A DNA stretch of 64,000 nucleotides from NCBI GenBank assembly GCA_963733295.1, contig CAVTCS010000003.1:2208001-2272000 (forward strand). The letters run 5' to 3'. Numbering within the stretch: the stretch's first letter is position 1; each line of letters begins with the position of its first letter. Shown here one piece after another: positions 48,831 to 57,153 of the stretch. Below the pieces are notes generated by a model, which was not told the DNA's origin, did not search any database, and saw only the letters and a program-made list of their open reading frames with translations. Source of the stretch: Vulcanimicrobiota bacterium. GTDB taxonomy: Bacteria; Vulcanimicrobiota; Vulcanimicrobiia; Vulcanimicrobiales; Vulcanimicrobiaceae. A program made the position numbers and the translations under genes.

Positions 48831-50480
48831 TCAATCACTGGCGCTCGACCCGTAAAGGTGACGCTCACCGGACAAGAGTGCGAGCGCCCGACGTGGCGCC
48901 TCGCGTTCTTCGATGGTGAGGAGGTCCCGCCGCAAGGCGTCGTGCCGCAATGCTAAGCGCTGGAGGTCTTCGGCAAGCCGATCGAACATTGCCGCTTCGC
49001 GCCGCGCGAGCGCTGCAGCGGCCCGCTCATCTCGCATCGCGGCGACGGTTAGTCGGAGATGCGGCAGGCAGAGCGTTGTCAAGTCTACGACTTCACTGAA
49101 GCTCGTCTGGTCCAAGCGCCGAGCCAGCGCTGCGACGTGACGCGATTCCCCGTCCGCTCGCGCCGCGCAAGCCAGGCACGACAGACCGGCGGCTACGAGC
49201 GTGTCGATGGTACCGCGCAGGCTGGACGATGAACCGGTCCATCGGGCGCCAGCTACCAGCGAAGAGGCCAGCCCGCGTAGTAGTTCCGGATAGCCCACGG
49301 CGATCCCGAGCGGCGAGGCGTACGCTTCGTACTGCCAGGTGTGGCTACCACACAGGCCCCGGCGAGCCGCGTGCGCCTTACGGGCGGCGTCGCTCGCACT
49401 AAGCTCGTAAGGAAGGCGCTGGAAAAACGCCGCGAGCTCCTTAGCGACGTTTGCGCAGACGTCGCAGCGCCCAATCGGACGAATCCAGATCGAGTTATCT
49501 TTCTCGGTGCGGTCCCCCAGCTGGGGGGTCAAAGGCGACTCGTTGTCTTTTTGGAGCGCGTCTAGAAGCCGGAAACGCTCCGGACCGAGCGGCGTGCTCG
49601 CGACTAAGTTGGTAACTCGATCGGTCATCTGGCGGAGAAAGGCGTCGATTTTCCGGGCGAGGAGAAACTCGAGCAGGGCGGCCTCAAGCGCCGGAATGCC
49701 GCTCTCCTCAAGGAGCGCAGCTTTAGACCCGAGCTTCGCTTGCAGTCCATCGCGCGCAGAGACTGAAAGAATGGGCGACGTGGCCGCCGTAAGCGTCCCA
49801 AGCCGCTCGGCAACGTATGCTTGCACTTCGTTTCGTTCGCTCTTGGTGACGATGTCGTGTTTGTTGAGCGCAACGAATACTTCGGTCCGAGCAACTCGGG
49901 CCCGTTCTATAAATCGCACCTCGTCCTCGCTTAAGGGGCTGTCGTAGCTCGTTACGAGCAAAAGCGCGTCGGCCTCTGGAAAGAACGCTTCGGTCGTTCG
50001 CGAGTTCTCGACGACGGCGGAACCGAGCCCGGGCGTGTCGATCAACGCGAGTCCACGGCGCAGGAGCTCCGCCGGCAGATAGATATCGGCGCTCACGACG
50101 TTACGCTGGTTGCCTGGATTTCCGCGCTGGGTGATGTAATCGGGGAGCGCCGCGAGCGAAACCTCGCGGGGCGGTCCCCCTTTTTCGTACCGGACGACTA
50201 CGCTCTCGGTTGAGCCGTACAGGACCGTCGTTATCGCGGATGTGACGGGAACGGTACCGACCGGAAGGCGATCGGTGCCGAGAAGCGCGTTCATGAGCGA
50301 CGTCTTCCCGCGGTTGAAGTGCCCGACTAGAACTAGGTTGAACCGATCGGCAGCAAGTCGCGCGATAAGGTCCCGCGCTCGATCGCGTAGCCGCCTATCT
50401 TCATCGGGAAAGAGCAGCGCTGCAGAGCGAATGATTTCCGCGAGTCGAAATTTGCGCTGCTCGTAGGTTTGAAAGTCCAA
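48831..50480 (-). CDS. Bacterial dynamin-like GTPase with C-terminal Cys/His-rich domain
   Basis: G1 GHFNRGKT, G2 VPVTS, G3 DTPG, G4 NKHD; C-terminal CDVC..GLCGSH..CLAC..LCLPH. Confidence 0.88.
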   Translation of the reverse strand: MDFQTYEQRKFRLAEIIRSAALLFPDEDRRLRDRARDLIARLAADRFNLVLVGHFNRGKTSLMNALLGTDRLPVGTVPVTSAITTVLYGSTESVVVRYEKGGPPREVSLAALPDYITQRGNPGNQRNVVSADIYLPAELLRRGLALIDTPGLGSAVVENSRTTEAFFPEADALLLVTSYDSPLSEDEVRFIERARVARTEVFVALNKHDIVTKSERNEVQAYVAERLGTLTAATSPILSVSARDGLQAKLGSKAALLEESGIPALEAALLEFLLARKIDAFLRQMTDRVTNLVASTPLGPERFRLLDALQKDNESPLTPQLGDRTEKDNSIWIRPIGRCDVCANVAKELAAFFQRLPYELSASDAARKAHAARRGLCGSHTWQYEAYASPLGIAVGYPELLRGLASSLVAGARWTGSSSSLRGTIDTLVAAGLSCLACAARADGESRHVAALARRLDQTSFSEVVDLTTLCLPHLRLTVAAMRDERAAAALARREAAMFDRLAEDLQRLALRHDALRRDLLTIEEREAPRRALALLSGERHLYGSSASD

Positions 50481-50497
50481 AGCGATCGGCTTCGCCG

Positions 50498-52003
50498 CTA
50501 CGACGTCGCAGGTTCTACGAAAACTTCTCTGTAGAGATCCGGTCCGTAACTCGTCTCGAGCGGCGCTCCTTGCGCAATCTTGAAGGTACGACGTCCGTCG
50601 TCCAGGCGCTCGGCACGTAAGAAAAGCGCGGATGGTAGGTCTCGCGTCTGTAAGCCATGCGCAAACGCATATTGATGGGTCACGAAAAACACCTTGACAT
50701 CGTTCTCGATCAACGCGTCGACGATCTGACGGGCGATCTCGGAGCCTTCGCGCTCATTTGTTGCAGCGAACGATTCATTGAATAAGATCAGGGAGTTTGC
50801 CCTTAGGCCGTCGACAATGTCGCTCAGTCGGCGAAGCTCCTCATCGAACTTGCCGCTGTTCATTGTGGCGTCTTCTTCGCGCTTGTAGTGAGTGACGACT
50901 CTCTCGCAAACATCTGCACAAAGAGCCTCAGCCGGCGCAAACATCCCGCACTGCATCATCAGTTGTGCGAGACCGACGCTTCGCAGAAACGTCGACTTGC
51001 CACCCTGATTGGCACCGGTAATGATGATGAGAGTCTTGCCGTCAGCAGCGAGATCGTTGCTGACGACGGGACCGTTTGCGCTCAAAGTTAGGCTGACGTC
51101 GTAGAGGCCGGTCGCCGAATAACGCCGTGCCCCGACCGGACAGGGGGAAGGCAAACAGATCGACTCTCCCAGCTCGCTCAGCCTGTCATGCAAATTCAGG
51201 CACCCGACGTAGAACGCGAGCTCGGTTCGCAGCATCTCGAAAAAGCTCGTCAGATGCTCGGCCGACTGCGCAACCGCATTCGCCACGAGGTTGATACCGC
51301 GGTCGTTGAGCTGGGACAATGCACGCGCACCGCTTTCGTCACGGGGGTGAAGTTCGTACGAAAAAGCCGGCGCCTTCGGTGCGAAGAGGCGCGTCAACCA
51401 ATCGCCGTGCGCCGAACTTTGCTTGCGAAGAACATAATCCGTTCCCTTATTGCCTTCGCCTAAGCGCGCACTGAGCAAGATGCCGCGGTCGAATTTCAGT
51501 TCGTTGAGATGGCGCTCGATCGTTGCGAAGTATTCGTCGTCAAGTTCTTCAGCAAGGGAAGCAAAGAGCCGGCAGAAGCCCTCAGATCGGAAGGAGCTCG
51601 CATGCCGATCGACGATCGTCCGCAGCCTCCTCAGCATTGCGACAAGCATCTCCAAGAGGTTGACCGCCCGGTAGAGGATCGAGCGCGGGTGCCGGCCGCC
51701 GTCAAAATAGTGGTTTCGCCGCTTGGATTCCAAGGTCTCGACGGCGAGGTCATAGATCTCCCGGACGACCGCCGGATCGTTCATGCAGTCCTTCAGGATC
51801 TCCTGACGATAGCAGATCGTTTCGATGTCGGTAACGCTCCCGAGAACGGCCCTCTTTACGACTTCAGCCAGCGGCTTGTTGCCACTCGACATTGCGCCGA
51901 AGAGCGCTTCGAGTCCCAAGTCCGCGACGAGCGCATCCGCTTGCTGCGGCAGGTTGGCCCCGAAATCGAAATCCCGGTCCTTGTACATCAAATACGCGTT
52001 CAT
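50498..52003 (-). CDS. Small MutS-related ATPase (domain V, no mismatch-binding domain), copy B
   Basis: ITGANQGGKSTFLRS, HYKREED, GKFDEEL, LFNESFAATNEREG, FVTH. Confidence 0.9.
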   Translation of the reverse strand: MNAYLMYKDRDFDFGANLPQQADALVADLGLEALFGAMSSGNKPLAEVVKRAVLGSVTDIETICYRQEILKDCMNDPAVVREIYDLAVETLESKRRNHYFDGGRHPRSILYRAVNLLEMLVAMLRRLRTIVDRHASSFRSEGFCRLFASLAEELDDEYFATIERHLNELKFDRGILLSARLGEGNKGTDYVLRKQSSAHGDWLTRLFAPKAPAFSYELHPRDESGARALSQLNDRGINLVANAVAQSAEHLTSFFEMLRTELAFYVGCLNLHDRLSELGESICLPSPCPVGARRYSATGLYDVSLTLSANGPVVSNDLAADGKTLIIITGANQGGKSTFLRSVGLAQLMMQCGMFAPAEALCADVCERVVTHYKREEDATMNSGKFDEELRRLSDIVDGLRANSLILFNESFAATNEREGSEIARQIVDALIENDVKVFFVTHQYAFAHGLQTRDLPSALFLRAERLDDGRRTFKIAQGAPLETSYGPDLYREVFVEPATS

Positions 52004-53583
52004 GACTGGGTCCCGGAGGGAAGGCGCGCCTTGAGCTGTTCGTAGGTCAGACCGTACTTCTCCGCGATAGAAAGCGCATAGGCGCGCCCGTCCGCCGGGC
52101 GACGCAGCACCTTGTAGGTTCGCTTCGTCGGATCGGTCGGGTTGACGACGCTCACCATGCTCACCGTCTTCTCATTCAACGACGCGAGCTCGTCGAGGAA
52201 CGTTACGCAGACGCAAATCGCGTCGAGCTCTACGATCTTGTCGAGCACCCGGCGGGCTAGGAACACCGCGTCTTCGAGCGAGGTCGAACTGAAGACTTCG
52301 TTCATGATGATGATGCTGCGCGGAGTCGCGCAATCGAGGATGTCGCGAAACCGGATTAAGTCGTCTTGAAGCTTTCCCCGTAAGGTCTCGACGCGCTCTT
52401 GCTTTTCAAAATGGGTGAAAATGGAGTCGAAAAGAAATAGACGAGCGGAACTTCCGGGAACCGGACAACCGATGCTGGCGAAATGATGCACTTGTCCGAA
52501 GGCACGAGCGAAGGTCGTTTTTCCGCCTTGATTCGGGCCCGATACGACGAGGACACGCTCGGGGCCGTCGAGACGAAAATCGTTGCAGACGATCGGCGCT
52601 GACTCATTAAAGAGCTTCGTCGCCAAAGCGAGATCGAACGCCGCTCGGTCGTACACGTCCTTGTCCCGGGCCGATACTGTCGGGTAACAAAACGCGAGGC
52701 CGGCTTTCTTGAATCGCTCTGCGTAACCAAGGTATGCCATGTAAAACTGAATCTCGCGATCGAAGCGCCCGACGAGCGCGTCCGCGAACTCGCGGTTCGC
52801 GGTACAAAATTCGTCTAATCGTCGGAAAGGCTCCGGATTGAACCGAGCGACGAACCCGAGGATGATTTCTTCGACGTGATTCATGTCGACGGATTCCGTG
52901 AACGCGCACAAGTAGTTCTTTGCGGCGCTGCGCCGAAATTTGGCGAACGTAGCTGCGATTTCGTCGCTGTAGTTAGGCTCGGAGTCGTAATTTCGAACCT
53001 CGAATCGGCTGCCCTTGATGTGGATCGAGTACGCAAGCGCTTGCAAGTCGCGTGAAAGCGCGCCCACCTGCGCAGCGAGCCCGGTAAAGCGCTCCGATGC
53101 TAGGTACTCGCTTAAATAGCCGTGGAACGACCGTAGGCCGCGTGAGGTGAGGTTAAGCCCCCGCAAGCCCTCTTCGAGCGCGCGCACGGCGCTGAGATAC
53201 GTCGCTATGGCGCGCAGACACCAGGCCTCTTTGTTATACGTGTAGTGCAGTTTCTCGGCTTGAGCGAGCTGTTGCCGCATCAGGCGCATGCCGTCCGCGA
53301 ACGATACGATGCACGCGAAGGCGGCCTCTTCCTCGAGATCGCGCATGACCTCTTGCCGGTAGAGAATAGCGTCGAGGTCCCTGAGGGAATCGTAGAAGAA
53401 CGGCCTTAGATCGTACTCATCCTTCCCGTGCGTTATCGCGTCGAGGATTTGATCGAGGTTGAGGTCGTGAAAGTACTCAGGGGTGTGCCCGCGCACTGAT
53501 CGTTCCCTCTCGCCGCCCCGTTCGTAAAGGATGCTCTCGAACGTCTGCGCACGAGCGCCGTCCGGAAGAGTCTCAGTCGCCAT
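52000..53583 (-). CDS. Small MutS-related ATPase (domain V, no mismatch-binding domain), copy A
   Basis: DLNLDQI, VSGPNQGGKTTFAR, THFEKQE, GKLQDDL, IMNEVFSST, VTFLDEL; ATGA overlap with copy B. Confidence 0.9.
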   Translation of the reverse strand: MATETLPDGARAQTFESILYERGGERERSVRGHTPEYFHDLNLDQILDAITHGKDEYDLRPFFYDSLRDLDAILYRQEVMRDLEEEAAFACIVSFADGMRLMRQQLAQAEKLHYTYNKEAWCLRAIATYLSAVRALEEGLRGLNLTSRGLRSFHGYLSEYLASERFTGLAAQVGALSRDLQALAYSIHIKGSRFEVRNYDSEPNYSDEIAATFAKFRRSAAKNYLCAFTESVDMNHVEEIILGFVARFNPEPFRRLDEFCTANREFADALVGRFDREIQFYMAYLGYAERFKKAGLAFCYPTVSARDKDVYDRAAFDLALATKLFNESAPIVCNDFRLDGPERVLVVSGPNQGGKTTFARAFGQVHHFASIGCPVPGSSARLFLFDSIFTHFEKQERVETLRGKLQDDLIRFRDILDCATPRSIIIMNEVFSSTSLEDAVFLARRVLDKIVELDAICVCVTFLDELASLNEKTVSMVSVVNPTDPTKRTYKVLRRPADGRAYALSIAEKYGLTYEQLKARLPSGTQS

Positions 53584-55291
53584 GCGAAGCGCTCAGTACG
53601 TTGGGCGACGAACACGTTCCCGAAGTTTGCATGCTCGCTGCGTGCGCGAACTGCCGCAACCGATCCGCGGCCTGCTCGAGTTCGCTCGAGCGCCGGGCGA
53701 TTGCTTCAGCTTCGTCTGCGCCTTCCACCGCCTGCTGGAGCGCACGCCCCGCGTCGGCTCGCGCGCGCTCCAGAGAGGCCCCGACTTGCTGCGCGAGGGT
53801 CGCGTATCCATCTCGAATCGCTTGATTCGCGCGGTAGCGGATCCGGCCCGCGCGCCGATCGAGCTGCGCCTCGAGCTCGCTCCGCAGGCGGCGCGCCAGA
53901 AGTGTCGCCCGGACCGGCTGCGGAAGCAAGCCGTCGACGGCCCGCGCGACGAGCTCGGCTCCGGTCGTGGCTTGCTCGTCGGCGTATTCGAAGCGAAGTG
54001 CCGGGAGCTCAAAGGCCAATTCGGGCGGCGCGAGCGCGCCGAGCCCTAGGCCGGCAAGACCTTCAGCAATCGTGCTGCGTTCGAGGTCGACGGTGCGCGC
54101 GACGACGCGCTCCATGTTTCGCTGCATTCGCGCCTGGAGTTCGCGACGGACCTCTTCGACCCACGCGGTCGCAGCGGAGCCAACACCGTCGGCAATGCCC
54201 TGGCGATACGCTAACAGGTCGCCGTGCTCTACAGCGGACCGCAGCCGCTGCTCCAGGGATACGAGCGCTTCACGCTTGCGGTCCTCGAGCCGCTGCTCGA
54301 TAAGGCGCAGATCCTCGCGTGCCGCTCGATCGAGCGTGTCGACGATTTCGCCTGCGCGTCGCGGGAGTTCACTCTCGAAGGTTGCAAAGCGCTCTGCGAG
54401 CGCCGCTCGACGCTCGAGCGGCAAACGCAGCGCTTCGCGCTCGATCAGGAGAGAACGGAGCAACCACGCGGCGTCGCGTGTAGCTTTTCGGCGCAGCGAT
54501 CGCTCAAAGACTTCACGACCGTGCGCTTCGACGAAATCTCGAAACGTTGCCACGAAGTCGCCGAGTCCCTGGCCTCTTGTCGCACTCAGCGGGAAAATGC
54601 GAACGTCGCCATCCTCGCGCGCTCCGGCCAGGGTTTTGCGCGTGAACTCTATCAGTGGTTCTCGCTCCTTGTCATTGACGATTTGATCGACTTTGTTCAG
54701 CACGATGAAGAGGCGCTCCGAGGCATCGAGCACCTTACGCGCAAAGGCGAGTTCGGCCTCACCGATGGGTGGCTCGGCGCCGACCACGAGAATAGCGAGA
54801 TCGGCCCGCGTTAGCGTTTCTAGCGCAGCCCCGGTGTTGTGTGCGTACGTCGAGGCGATGCCGGGGGAGTCGATCATTGCGACCCCAGCGAGGATGGGAG
54901 CGGGCACGGTAACGGCGGCGCTCCGAACCAGCAGGCGATTTTCCGGATTGCCCTGTTCGGTGACGTAGCGCTTTAGTTCGGGGGGCGAGATCTCGAGCGG
55001 CGGCCGCGCTTCATCGAGAAACTCGATCGTTACGCGCAATGGACCGAAGCGGACGACGGTCGGGATCGCCGTAACCGGCAACATGCCGGTTGGCAGCAGG
55101 TCCGTCCCCAAAAGCGCGTTGATGAAGGTGCTCTTGCCGCGTTTGAACTGACCAGCCACGACCACGGTCAGCTCGCGCCTGCACTCCTCGTCTCGCAGCC
55201 GCTCGATCGCCGAAATCGCCGACGGGGAGCCGAACCGGCGAGCCAGTCCCAGCAGTTCTTCCGAGTCGGAATTGCCGTTACGGCCGTTCAC
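53573..55291 (-). CDS. Bacterial dynamin-like GTPase with helical stalk
   Basis: G1 GQFKRGKS, G2 LPVTA, G3 DSPG, G4 NKVD; probable GTG start 55291 (ORF open to 55396). Confidence 0.88.
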   Translation of the reverse strand: MNGRNGNSDSEELLGLARRFGSPSAISAIERLRDEECRRELTVVVAGQFKRGKSTFINALLGTDLLPTGMLPVTAIPTVVRFGPLRVTIEFLDEARPPLEISPPELKRYVTEQGNPENRLLVRSAAVTVPAPILAGVAMIDSPGIASTYAHNTGAALETLTRADLAILVVGAEPPIGEAELAFARKVLDASERLFIVLNKVDQIVNDKEREPLIEFTRKTLAGAREDGDVRIFPLSATRGQGLGDFVATFRDFVEAHGREVFERSLRRKATRDAAWLLRSLLIEREALRLPLERRAALAERFATFESELPRRAGEIVDTLDRAAREDLRLIEQRLEDRKREALVSLEQRLRSAVEHGDLLAYRQGIADGVGSAATAWVEEVRRELQARMQRNMERVVARTVDLERSTIAEGLAGLGLGALAPPELAFELPALRFEYADEQATTGAELVARAVDGLLPQPVRATLLARRLRSELEAQLDRRAGRIRYRANQAIRDGYATLAQQVGASLERARADAGRALQQAVEGADEAEAIARRSSELEQAADRLRQFAHAASMQTSGTCSSPNVLSASHGD

Positions 55292-55371
55292 GCCGTGGCT
55301 CGCAAAACTTCCGCGCGGGCGCTCGACGCGCGATGGCGGCTTCGGGAGGGTCGACGATAGTCGTTGTACAC
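55288..55371 (-). CDS. Putative leader peptide (MYNDYRRPSRSRHRASSARAEVLRATA)
   Basis: GGAG SD 9 nt upstream of GTG; TGA overlaps the dynamin GTG (GTGA). Confidence 0.4.
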   Translation of the reverse strand: MYNDYRRPSRSRHRASSARAEVLRATA

Positions 55372-55397
55372 TGCCACGGACTCCAGGTTGCTGCACT

Positions 55398-55443
55398 AGG
55401 AGTCATCAGCCGTTTCCGGCGGTCGTGGCGAACTCCATCGCCC
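55398..55443 (-). ncRNA. Fluoride riboswitch (crcB motif) no. 1, upstream of the dynamin/MutS operon
   Basis: GGGCGATGGAGTTCGCCACGACCGCCGGAAACGGCTGATGACTCCT: P1 GGCGA/TCGCC, pseudoknot GGAGT/ACTCC, P2 GCCG-GAAA-CGGC, conserved GATGG and CTGATG. Confidence 0.92.
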
Positions 55444-55685
55444 ACAGGATGGTTCTGCGGTGACTCCCGAAATCATCTCATATGAGCTGCCCGGTCCGGA
55501 GGGCGCGACGTCGCGAGGGCTGACGAAGCAGAGAAGGGACACGGGACGGCGTTCGCACGCGACACGAAAGGGTTACGCGCGAAATGTCGCGCTATCCGAC
55601 ATCGCGACTTCTGGCGATCTTGTTGCTCCAGCGCTGCAACTTTTCGTCGTAGGAAGCCAACCGCTCCCTGCAGTATAGGTATCTC

Positions 55686-55731
55686 GGGCGATGGAGTTCG
55701 CCACAACCGCCGGAAACGGCTGATGACTCCT
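55686..55731 (+). ncRNA. Fluoride riboswitch no. 2
   Basis: GGGCGATGGAGTTCGCCACAACCGCCGGAAACGGCTGATGACTCCT; followed by CTCCTC/GAGGAG SD-sequestering hairpin; TATAGG -10-like box just upstream. Confidence 0.93.
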
Positions 55732-55752
55732 CGGAGGGTGAGGAGCATTCTT

Positions 55753-55908
55753 GTGGCTGAGAACAGCAAGCCCGAAGCGCCGCGGCGCCTCTTCAACCGT
55801 CTCGCACGTTGTGTGCGCAGACGTTGCGCCGTTTGCGAAAACCCCGCACGCGCTCGCGTCGCCGAAATCGAGCAGACTCCGTCTCGGCGCCCACCGTTCT
55901 CCCGCTGA
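55753..55908 (+). CDS. Small basic ORF with CxxC, first gene after riboswitch 2
   Basis: GAGGAG SD 7 nt before GTG; MAENSKPEAPRRLFNRLARCVRRRCAVCENP... Confidence 0.5.
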   Translation: MAENSKPEAPRRLFNRLARCVRRRCAVCENPARARVAEIEQTPSRRPPFSR

Positions 55909-55927
55909 ACTCTCGCGGCATTAAGGC

Positions 55928-56329
55928 ATGGGTACTCTGAGAAGATGGTGGCGCTTCGTCACCAGCGGCGTGATCGCGGAGATGCCCAGTCATGGGACGC
56001 CGGACGAGCTCGAGGCGCTGCGCACGACCAATCGCGACCTCCAGGAGCGCGTAGCTTGGCTGGATGGGCGCCTTAAGGAGGTCGTCGAGCGGTTGTATTC
56101 CATCGAACAGCAATATTCGGTCGAACACTTCCAACTCACCGAATCGCAACGCGACCTTCGAGATGAGCGAATGCGCCTGGCCGCAGCGCGCGCCGAGCGA
56201 ACGATCATTCTCTCCCGCGCTGGAGACCTGCAAGCACGAATCCGCGACTTGAAGGGGCGTCTTGCATCGCACGAGACCGTGGAAGCCTCGTTCTTCGACG
56301 ATGCACCCATCGTAGACGATTCAAAGTGA
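55928..56329 (+). CDS. Hypothetical coiled-coil protein
   Basis: TAAGG before ATG; amphipathic N-terminus, long Leu/Glu/Arg heptad region. Confidence 0.7.
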   Translation: MGTLRRWWRFVTSGVIAEMPSHGTPDELEALRTTNRDLQERVAWLDGRLKEVVERLYSIEQQYSVEHFQLTESQRDLRDERMRLAAARAERTIILSRAGDLQARIRDLKGRLASHETVEASFFDDAPIVDDSK

Positions 56330-56338
56330 GTCGATGAG

Positions 56339-57025
56339 ATGAGCGACAAGCCTGCCGCAACCGTCGGCGCGCTCTTCGACGACCTGACGCGGTCGGAACA
56401 CAAGAGGTCAGGCGCGGCGGCCGAGGATTTGGCAGCTGCAAAGGAACGGCTCTTCGGCGGCTTCCGCGAAGCGCAGCGTGCGCTGAATAGGGGATGCGAT
56501 TCCGACATTAGGTCGTCGCCGACCCTCCTGACGCGCCCGCTCGTCGTCGCGCGCACTTGCTTAGAAAACGAGTTGCTAGGAACGAGCACGCTCGCCGATA
56601 AGGCGCTCAGAAGCCACCTCTTGTTTGCGGGTTGCCAGGACATCGTCGCGTGTTGTACCCGCAGTGTGCGTGACAATGCCGATGTGCGTTTCCGGGCGCG
56701 TTTCCGGATGTTCGCGGAGGCTGTCCACGAACTCGAGTGCGAGTTCGCCGAGAAAGCACGAGTTGTGGAACCGGAAGGCGCTTCGCGCATAAAGATGCCG
56801 CGACGCATCGCCGTCCCGAGAGTCTGCCTTGATGATCTCCCAATGCCGCGACAGCCCGACGACTCGTCCGCCGCCTCGATAAATGCATGGGCGAGCGATT
56901 TGACTATGCTGCTGACCGACCGCCTTCGCGAGGCCGTCGAGGACGCACGCCGAGAGGCTGTCCGGCGTTCAACGCGCAGCGTCGCTCGTATCGTCGTCCG
57001 CGCGGCCCGGGCTCTGCACCGCTAG
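56339..57025 (+). CDS. Hypothetical helical protein
   Basis: 228-aa ORF 9 nt downstream of previous gene, ending before riboswitch 3. Confidence 0.6.
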   Translation: MSDKPAATVGALFDDLTRSEHKRSGAAAEDLAAAKERLFGGFREAQRALNRGCDSDIRSSPTLLTRPLVVARTCLENELLGTSTLADKALRSHLLFAGCQDIVACCTRSVRDNADVRFRARFRMFAEAVHELECEFAEKARVVEPEGASRIKMPRRIAVPRVCLDDLPMPRQPDDSSAASINAWASDLTMLLTDRLREAVEDARREAVRRSTRSVARIVVRAARALHR

Positions 57026-57086
57026 CTCGCGCGGCCATGAACCGCGACGCGGGAAGAGCCGCTTGGCCAACGAAGATACGAGGGAA

Positions 57087-57130
57087 GGGCGATGGGGCTC
57101 GCCCGAACCGCCGTGAGGCTGATGGCTCCT
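57087..57130 (+). ncRNA. Fluoride riboswitch no. 3, upstream of the metallophosphoesterase
   Basis: GGGCGATGGGGCTCGCCCGAACCGCCGTGAGGCTGATGGCTCCT: P1 GGGCGA/TCGCCC, pseudoknot GGGGC/GCTCC, P2 GCC-GTGA-GGC; GCTCC/GGAGC hairpin hides the SD. Confidence 0.9.
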
Positions 57131-57153
57131 GGTCGATCGAACCGGAGCGCGCT

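Noticed and set aside
50498..53583. Canonical mismatch-repair mutS or mutS2
   Set aside because: Only ~500-530 aa, no mismatch-recognition motif, no Smr domain, NE Walker B, no mutL nearby
48831..55291. Dynamin-based anti-phage defence operon
   Set aside because: Not excluded, but no defence-type effectors are adjacent and the fluoride riboswitch points to a chemical-stress role
55398..55731. 46-bp inverted repeat as the ends of a MITE or IS
   Set aside because: No transposase or target-site duplication seen; the repeat corresponds exactly to a fluoride aptamer, and two diverged copies of the same fold lie nearby
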